Shown: positions 58,421 to 64,000 of the stretch, piece by piece
Layout of the letters: each line of letters begins with the position of its first letter
Position numbering within the stretch: position 1 is the stretch's first letter
Assembly: GCA_963826185.1 (NCBI GenBank)
Contig: CAWGVY010000003.1
Coordinates: 69,905-133,904, forward strand
Reading direction: 5' to 3'
Source: an uncultured Actinomycetes bacterium
GTDB lineage: Bacteria > Actinomycetota > UBA4738 > HRBIN12
DNA length: 64,000 nt
Notes under the pieces: model-generated
Told to the model about the DNA's origin: nothing
The model's input: only the letters and a program-made list of their open reading frames with translations
The model's database searches: none
Position numbers and translations under genes: made by a program

Positions 58421-59278
58421 ATGGCGAACATCCACTTCGGGCAGATCGGCGACGTGTGGAAGCACCTTGCACTGGCCGATGTCGTGGGGATCGAGCGACC
58501 CCGCCGGTACTGGGAGACCCACGCGGGCTCGGCGGACTACCCCAACACCCGGAGTTGGGAGCGCGAGTACGCCGTCTATCGGTTCTTCGAACGCGCACCC
58601 GATGATCCCGATCTGGCGGGATGTGCATACCTGCGTATCCTTCGGCGTCAGGCTGTCGCGGAGGGGGGGCCTGCGCGCTACCCGGGTTCGGCCCTCGTGG
58701 CGATGGACATGCTGGGGGATACCGCGACCTACCTCCTGTGCGACCTCGATCCCACCAGCGTCGCAAGCCTGGACGAGGCGGCACGCGGGCTCGACCTGAG
58801 CGACACGGTCCGTGTGGTGCGCGCCGACGGCCTGGCTACCGTCTGGGAGGCGGCGCAGGCGCTGCACGGCGACGCGTCCACGACCTTCGTGATGGTGGAT
58901 CCCTACGACCCGCTGGAGCGCTCGACCGACGGCATGGATGCGATCGATCTGCTGACCCGACTGGCCGTGGGCGGCTTCCAGGTGGTGCTGTGGTACGGAT
59001 ACCGGGAACCGGCGGAGCGCGAGGCATTGATGGCACGCGCGAGCGAGGTCACCGGCGTGTCGGTGACCGCCGCGGACCTCGCCACGAGCGTGATCCGCGG
59101 TGAGACCACGCTCGACCCCGGCGTGCCCGGCTGCGGTCTGATGATGGCCAACCTCGGTACCGGCGCGATCGATCGTGTGGCCTTCCTGGGGCGTGCCCTG
59201 GAAGGGATCTACGCCGGTGCCCTGATGCCCGATGGGACGCCGGGGGACCTGAGGTTCACGCTGCTCGGATCCGACTGA
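58421..59278 (+). CDS. RlmJ-like (DUF519) methyltransferase-fold protein with a divergent motif IV
   Basis: The sequence parallels E. coli RlmJ in order: GDVWKH, YWETHAGSADY, RYPGSALVA, ADG, VMVDPYDP (where RlmJ has DPPY) and VLWYGY. Confidence 0.5.
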   Translation: MANIHFGQIGDVWKHLALADVVGIERPRRYWETHAGSADYPNTRSWEREYAVYRFFERAPDDPDLAGCAYLRILRRQAVAEGGPARYPGSALVAMDMLGDTATYLLCDLDPTSVASLDEAARGLDLSDTVRVVRADGLATVWEAAQALHGDASTTFVMVDPYDPLERSTDGMDAIDLLTRLAVGGFQVVLWYGYREPAEREALMARASEVTGVSVTAADLATSVIRGETTLDPGVPGCGLMMANLGTGAIDRVAFLGRALEGIYAGALMPDGTPGDLRFTLLGSD

Positions 59279-59291
59279 CCGACCGGCGGGG

Positions 59292-60089
59292 TCAGGGCTT
59301 CGTTCCGACGGCCAGGATGACCTCGCGGAAGTCGTTCAGGGGGTCGGGGAACCGTTCGGCGAAGACGGCCCGCACGCGGGCACGGAAATCGTCCCACCCG
59401 CTGCCGAGCATCTCCCGCACGAAGCGAGCGGTCGCCCACACCTCGAGCCCCTCCAGGTACTCGTCGCGCGCGTACGTCCAGTGGTACTTCGCCAGCTCGC
59501 TACGCACGTGCCGGAACCCGGCATCGATCAGCGCCTCCTCGGTGGCTTGTCGGCTACGGAACCGTTCGTGCCAGGGAGCGGCCTCCGCGTACGCGGGCTC
59601 GAGCATCTCTCGCGGGACCACCGACTCCACCAGTTCCAGCCATGTGTCGACGTAGGCGTCCGTGCCGTCCGACCATGAGGAGAGCGCCACCCGCCCACCA
59701 AGCCGCAGGACGCGTTTGATGTCGAACAGCGCCGTCTCCACCTTCGTGAAGTGAGCGAGGACGAAGTTCCCGAGCACCGTGTGGAAGGTTGCGTCCCCGA
59801 ACGGGAGGTCGATGGCTTCCGCGGCCGCGAGGGGGATCCGCGGCCTTACCCGGTGCCCGACGGCCAGCATGCCCGGCGATTCATCGATCCCCACGGCTTC
59901 GCAACCGGTCTCGGTAGCCACCTCGGCGGCCACGCCGGTGCCCGTGCCCACGTCCAGGAGACGACCCCCGTGCGGAGGGGCCGCGAGTTCCAGCAGGTCG
60001 CGCGCCACCTCGGCGAACCGAGCGGCATGCACGCGCTCGTAGTCCTCGGCCACGCCGTCGTAGGAGCGCCAGTCGTTCATGACCGCCAA
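59292..60089 (-). CDS. class I SAM-dependent methyltransferase
   Basis: Motif I LLDVGTGTG, and LRLGGRVALSSW. Confidence 0.75.
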   Translation of the reverse strand: MAVMNDWRSYDGVAEDYERVHAARFAEVARDLLELAAPPHGGRLLDVGTGTGVAAEVATETGCEAVGIDESPGMLAVGHRVRPRIPLAAAEAIDLPFGDATFHTVLGNFVLAHFTKVETALFDIKRVLRLGGRVALSSWSDGTDAYVDTWLELVESVVPREMLEPAYAEAAPWHERFRSRQATEEALIDAGFRHVRSELAKYHWTYARDEYLEGLEVWATARFVREMLGSGWDDFRARVRAVFAERFPDPLNDFREVILAVGTKP

Positions 60090-60168
60090 GACTACCGGGC
60101 GCCAACGGTTCCGGAGGGGTCGCGCCGGCGGCCGGTAGGCTCTGTGCCCGTATGCGCAAGGGCGGTCG

Positions 60169-60948
60169 ATGAGGGGTTCGGCGGGGGTGATGGCCCTTGT
60201 GCTCGCTCAAACCGTGGCCGGCTCCACGGCCTTCCTGTGGCTCACCCCGCTCTGGGGCGAGGTGAAGCGAGGGTTCTTCAAGCTCACGTCCGCCATCATG
60301 GCCGCCCTCGCGCTCGCCACGTGGTGGGCGACCCAGGCGGGAGCGATCCCGGGCGACCCGGCAGGGCAGCGCTCGGTATCGATCGCCCTCGCATCCGTCG
60401 TGGTGATCGGGGTGTCCGTCGTTCTGTTGTTCGCGAAGCGCGATGTGGAGGGACGCATCGTGGGGTTCGTCAGTGTCACCGTGGCCACGGGTCTCCTGGT
60501 GGCGATGGCCGGAACGGGCCGGCAGGGGTTCGTCGTGGCACAGTTGCAGCTGATCGCAGGCGCCTGGTTCCTGGGCTCGGTCACCGACGGACTCCTGCTC
60601 GGTCACTGGTACTTGACCGACCGTGGGCTCAGCCGGGAGCCGATCAACCGCGCCACGAACCTGATGCTCGTGGGTGTCGGGCTGCAGGCGGCCGCCGTCG
60701 TCTCGGGCGGCTTCCAGGGCGTGGGCTCGTCACAGGCGATCAATCCTCTCCTCACGGCGGGCGCGTTGGCGCCGTGGATCGCCCTGGGGATGGTGGGGAC
60801 CACCCTGCTGATCGCCGTGCTCACGCGGGCGGCGTTGCGGGGCGAACGGGCGTCCGCCGTGCAATCGGCGACCGGCTTCTACTACCTGGCCGTCGTCACG
60901 GCCTTCACGGCGGAACTGGCCTTCATGACCCGGTTCCTGGAGGGCTGA
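60169..60948 (+). CDS. hypothetical polytopic membrane protein
   Basis: 259 aa with about 7 hydrophobic segments. I recognise no family. Confidence 0.45.
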   Translation: MRGSAGVMALVLAQTVAGSTAFLWLTPLWGEVKRGFFKLTSAIMAALALATWWATQAGAIPGDPAGQRSVSIALASVVVIGVSVVLLFAKRDVEGRIVGFVSVTVATGLLVAMAGTGRQGFVVAQLQLIAGAWFLGSVTDGLLLGHWYLTDRGLSREPINRATNLMLVGVGLQAAAVVSGGFQGVGSSQAINPLLTAGALAPWIALGMVGTTLLIAVLTRAALRGERASAVQSATGFYYLAVVTAFTAELAFMTRFLEG

Positions 60949-60950
60949 GC

Positions 60951-61577
60951 ATGCAGGTGATCATCATGGTGTTGGGCGCCTGCGCCGAGATCGCGGGGTG
61001 GTGGCTCGTTTCCGCTCGCGGCCGCGACGTGTGGCGTGTGATGCCGCCGGTCCTGGGTGGCATGGGTATCGCCGCCGTGATCGTCCGGCGCCCGGCGGCC
61101 GCCGCCGACACCACGGTGGCGATGGCCCTGGCGGTCGGCGCGGCGAGCGGGCTGATCCTGTTCGGGGCCACACGGGCGTTCGTCTGGCTGGCCTCGCGGT
61201 GGGAGCCGTTCCGCCGCGACGTGCTGCAGAAGTACGCCGAGGCAGACGAGGTCTCCCTCCTCCGCGCCTTGGCGCTGTCGTTGTTGGTGATGGTTCCGGC
61301 GGAGGAGCTGTTCTGGCGGGGCCTGTTCCAGGGAAGACTCTCGGTCTCGGCGTCGGTCGGCTCCGCCGCCGTCGTCGCGTGGGTCGCCTATGTGGCGGCC
61401 AACCTGTCCAGCCGAAGCCTTCCGATCGTTGCGGGCGCGGTGGTCGGCGGGGCCCTGTGGACCGGGCTGGCCTGGTGGTCGGGGGGTGTACTCGCGAGCC
61501 TCGCGAGCCATATCCTCTGGACCGGATCGATGCTCGCGCTTCCTCCTGGGGCCGGGCGAAGGGTGGGACGATCGTGA
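60951..61577 (+). CDS. CPBP-family intramembrane glutamic endopeptidase (CAAX protease-like)
   Basis: The in-frame ATG at 60951 lies 2 nt after the upstream stop. It has the EELFWRG motif and a downstream SHILWTG. Confidence 0.65.
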   Translation: MQVIIMVLGACAEIAGWWLVSARGRDVWRVMPPVLGGMGIAAVIVRRPAAAADTTVAMALAVGAASGLILFGATRAFVWLASRWEPFRRDVLQKYAEADEVSLLRALALSLLVMVPAEELFWRGLFQGRLSVSASVGSAAVVAWVAYVAANLSSRSLPIVAGAVVGGALWTGLAWWSGGVLASLASHILWTGSMLALPPGAGRRVGRS

Positions 61578-62521
61578 GCTTCCTGTCGACAGCCGTGCAG
61601 CAGGTCCTGGACGAGGGGTCGTTCTGCGCGGTGGCGACCGCCACGCCGCGCGGTCCGCACTGCACCCCCTTGGTGTTCGCCTACTCCGGTGGCCGCGTCT
61701 GGCTCACGACCTCGCGAGGGTCCGTGAAGGCTCGTGCGTGGAAGACCGACCCCGCCGTCTCCGGGTTGGTGCGGCACGGCGACCTGGCGGTGACCTTCAC
61801 CGGCACCGTCAAGACCTACGACGCCCTGGACCGCAACACGTGGGGTGCCGCCGTGGCCGGCGCCACCTCGATCGCGCGCGCCACCGCGCGGTTCAGCAAG
61901 AAGAACGCCAGGTTCTTCGCCGGCTACGCCTTCGACGCACGGCAGGTGCCCTTGGCTTGGACCCCTCCCGGCCGGGTGTTCGTCGGGGTCGATCTCGAGC
62001 GCACGGCACTGGTGGATCTCGACGGCGTCCAGGAGGGCCGTGGCCGGTGGGGTGGGGGGGCGGGGACCCACGCCACCTTCCGCCAGCGGAAGCAGGGGGT
62101 CGACCCGCTCGGGCCACTGCCACCCGAGGTGGCGGTGGAACTCGGCCGGTCGGGCGAGGGGGCGTTGGCGGTGGCAGGCGAACGTGGGCCGGTCGTCCTA
62201 CCCGTGCGTTGGGCGGCGCAGGAGACCGCCCTGTACGCGGCGGTCCCCGCCGAGACCCTGGCGCTGGCTGGCGTGGGCGCCGAGGGCCCGATGGCGCTCA
62301 CCGTGGACCGCACGGCGACCTGGCGTGCACGTGACATGGTCGGGGCCATGGTGCAGGGGACCGGCGCCTGTTACCTCCTCGACGAGCTGGGATCGGGGGC
62401 CAAGACCGCGCGAGCCCTGGCGACGGCGATGAACCCGGAGGCGGGGGCGTTGGTTCGCATCGACCCGGCACGATTGGTGTGGTGGAAGGGCTGGACCAGC
62501 GGGAGCGCCCCCGTCGGATGA
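61574..62521 (+). CDS. tandem PPOX-like (pyridoxamine-5'-phosphate-oxidase-fold, FMN/F420-binding) protein
   Basis: The in-frame GTG at 61574 overlaps the upstream stop. There are two split-barrel-like halves (FCAVATATPRGPHCTPLVFAY... and ALAVAGERGPVVLPVRWA...). Confidence 0.5.
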   Translation: MSFLSTAVQQVLDEGSFCAVATATPRGPHCTPLVFAYSGGRVWLTTSRGSVKARAWKTDPAVSGLVRHGDLAVTFTGTVKTYDALDRNTWGAAVAGATSIARATARFSKKNARFFAGYAFDARQVPLAWTPPGRVFVGVDLERTALVDLDGVQEGRGRWGGGAGTHATFRQRKQGVDPLGPLPPEVAVELGRSGEGALAVAGERGPVVLPVRWAAQETALYAAVPAETLALAGVGAEGPMALTVDRTATWRARDMVGAMVQGTGACYLLDELGSGAKTARALATAMNPEAGALVRIDPARLVWWKGWTSGSAPVG

Positions 62522-62955
62522 CGATCGTCGAGTTCTCCGTCGAGGTGGACGCGCCACCCGAAGAGGTTTGGGAGGTGGCGAGCGATCCCGAGAACCTGCC
62601 GCAGTGGGATCGCCACATCATCCGTGTGCGGCTCCCCGATGCGGGACTGGGGCTCGGTGTGGACTACGAGGTCGACATGGGGTTCATGGCGATCCAGACC
62701 ACGGTCAGGGCCCATGTCGTCGAATGGGAGCCCCCGTGGCGCGCCACGATCCGGTTGACGGGGCTGGTCGACGCGTTGGTCACGACGTCGATCGCGAAGC
62801 TCCCATACGAACGAAGCGTCCTGCGTCACGAGGTGGACTTCCGGTTCCACGGACCCCTCGGCGGGTTCGGGGCGGCCAGCCTCAACGCGATCGGAGGAGC
62901 CCAGATGGCGCTCCGGCACGGCGTCATGGCCCAGAAGCAGCAGATCGAACGATGA
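62518..62955 (+). CDS. SRPBCC family protein
   Basis: The in-frame ATG at 62518 overlaps the upstream stop. Sequence VEVDAPPEEVWEVASDPENLPQWD. Confidence 0.6.
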   Translation: MTIVEFSVEVDAPPEEVWEVASDPENLPQWDRHIIRVRLPDAGLGLGVDYEVDMGFMAIQTTVRAHVVEWEPPWRATIRLTGLVDALVTTSIAKLPYERSVLRHEVDFRFHGPLGGFGAASLNAIGGAQMALRHGVMAQKQQIER

Positions 62956-63536
62956 GGTTCCGCGACGTAGCGCGAGCGGGCGTACTAACCGGCGGAGCCG
63001 TGGCGATCGGGTGGGCCGCGATACGGACGCCGAAAGGCGGCGAGCTCGATACTGAGCTCTTCGACGCCGTCAACGCCGGGCATGGCCCGGCCGCAGATCG
63101 GTTCTTCTCCGGCGTGACGGAGCTGGGATCGTTCTACGCATCTGGCGCGGCCGCCGGCTCGCTGGCCGCCCTGGGCCGCCCGCGGGCTGCGGCGAACGCC
63201 ATCGCGGCGGCGGGTATCACATGGCTGGCGCTGCAAGGCGCCAAGAGGCTCGTCGATCGTCCGCGGCCCTACGTGGCGAACCCCGCCACCCGCCGGCTGA
63301 TCGCCGAGCCACCCGCGACGTCGTGGCCCTCGAGCCACCCGGCGGTGCTCACCACCTTCACGACCGTGGCGGCGAGGCAGATCGGGGCGGGTCGGGTCGC
63401 TCGGGCCGCGCTCGCTGGGTTGGCACTGTCGGTGGCCACGTCCCGCGTGTACCTGGGGGTGCACTACCCCTCAGACGTCGCGAGCGGGTTCCTGCTGGGA
63501 CGGGCCGTCGCCCGGCTGTGGCCCACCCCCCGGTAG
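62952..63536 (+). CDS. PAP2-family phosphatase
   Basis: The in-frame ATG at 62952 overlaps the upstream stop. All three PAP2 motifs are present: KRLVDRPRP, PSSH and SRVYLGVHYPSD. Confidence 0.8.
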   Translation: MRFRDVARAGVLTGGAVAIGWAAIRTPKGGELDTELFDAVNAGHGPAADRFFSGVTELGSFYASGAAAGSLAALGRPRAAANAIAAAGITWLALQGAKRLVDRPRPYVANPATRRLIAEPPATSWPSSHPAVLTTFTTVAARQIGAGRVARAALAGLALSVATSRVYLGVHYPSDVASGFLLGRAVARLWPTPR

Positions 63537-63548
63537 ACTCGGACGACC

Positions 63549-64000
63549 GATGCTGCTGTTCCTGTCCGCCGTCAGCTGGCCCGTCCTCGATCGCCTCCGG
63601 TTCGGAAGCGTCTTCGCGATCTCACCGCACGGGTTGTTCATCGCGATCGGATTCATGGTGGGCGCCGTGTTGCTGGGGCGGCTCGGGCCTCGCCGCGGGA
63701 TCCCGGCGGACGAGGTCAACGCGATCGCTTTCTGGGCGCTGATCGGAGCGATCGTCGGGTCGCGCCTGTTCTACGTGATCGGCCACTTCTCCGAGTTCAA
63801 CAGCATCGGGGAGATGCTGGCGATCTGGCGTGGCGGGATCTCATTGCTGGGGGGGATCGCCGGCGCCACGCTGATCAACGTCCCCCGCGTCCGGCGCCAC
63901 GGGTATCGGTTCTTCCAGGTGGCCGACGTCGTGGCGCCGTGCCTGGCTCTCGGGATCGCCGTGGGGCGTATCGGCGATCTGATCATCGGCGACCATCTTG
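63549..64000 (+). CDS. lgt: prolipoprotein diacylglyceryl transferase, N-terminal part (3' end lies outside the window)
   Basis: Open from ATG 63549 to the window edge. Motifs ISPHGLFIAIGF, WRGGISLLGG and GRIGDLIIGDH. Confidence 0.8.

Noticed and set aside
1-64000. A scan for CRISPR arrays, tRNA or rRNA genes, insertion sequences, integrases, and phage or defence-system genes.
   Set aside because: No intergenic gap is long enough or has the right structure for a tRNA or a repeat-spacer array. No ORF shows transposase, integrase, restriction or other defence-family motifs. The window reads as core chromosome.

Overview
Very GC-rich, densely coding chromosomal segment. Intergenic gaps are mostly under 50 nt and many neighbouring genes overlap by 4 nt (ATGA/GTGA). 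Actinobacterial hallmarks are present: a dihaem QcrC, a small CtaF oxidase subunit, F420-type enzyme families and leaderless-looking starts. I saw no rRNA, tRNA, CRISPR array, transposase, integrase or phage genes.

Gene order:
- 1-13.8 kb: central carbon and respiration. This covers pgi, glk, ctaG-like, then a ten-gene same-strand array ctaE-qcrCAB-ctaCDF-zwf-gnd-pgl, then rpiA-ndh.
- 13.8-18 kb: trehalose genes (GH15, otsB, otsA).
- 18-27.5 kb: a cyanophycin-synthetase-like Mur ligase, an MFS transporter and a putrescine/GABA catabolic set (gabT, PucR regulator, patD-like and a second aldehyde dehydrogenase).
- 27.5-41 kb: mixed redox, hydrolase and sensor genes. These include an F420 LLM oxidoreductase, a ferredoxin, a large secreted alpha/beta hydrolase, a GAF-5xPAS histidine kinase, an FrhB-like protein, a cupredoxin, IscA, an M20 peptidase, a NUDIX protein, a CoA-binding protein and a PQQ sugar dehydrogenase.
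- 41-44.4 kb: reverse transsulfuration (cbs-DUF429-metB).
- 44.6-46.8 kb: a convergent REC-GGDEF / REC-EAL pair.
- 46.9-53.6 kb: histidine utilisation (hutU-S51 peptidase-GT-C membrane protein-hutH, with hutI convergent).
- 54.2-55.7 kb: TPP riboswitch plus a CytX-like permease.
- 56-60 kb: pepA, a PIG-L deacetylase, an RlmJ-like protein and a methyltransferase.
- 60.2-64 kb: an envelope-type operon ending in lgt, which is cut by the window edge.

The most striking feature is at sequence level. Between about 17.2 and 25.5 kb, six consecutive genes each need many reading-frame changes, while the flanking genes are intact. I favour consensus or assembly indels over real gene decay, but I cannot decide this without reads. 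I found no compelling new multi-gene system such as a defence or biosynthetic cluster. The findings are unusual operon architectures, divergent motifs and regulatory structures, all called by eye from motifs and the supplied ORF track.
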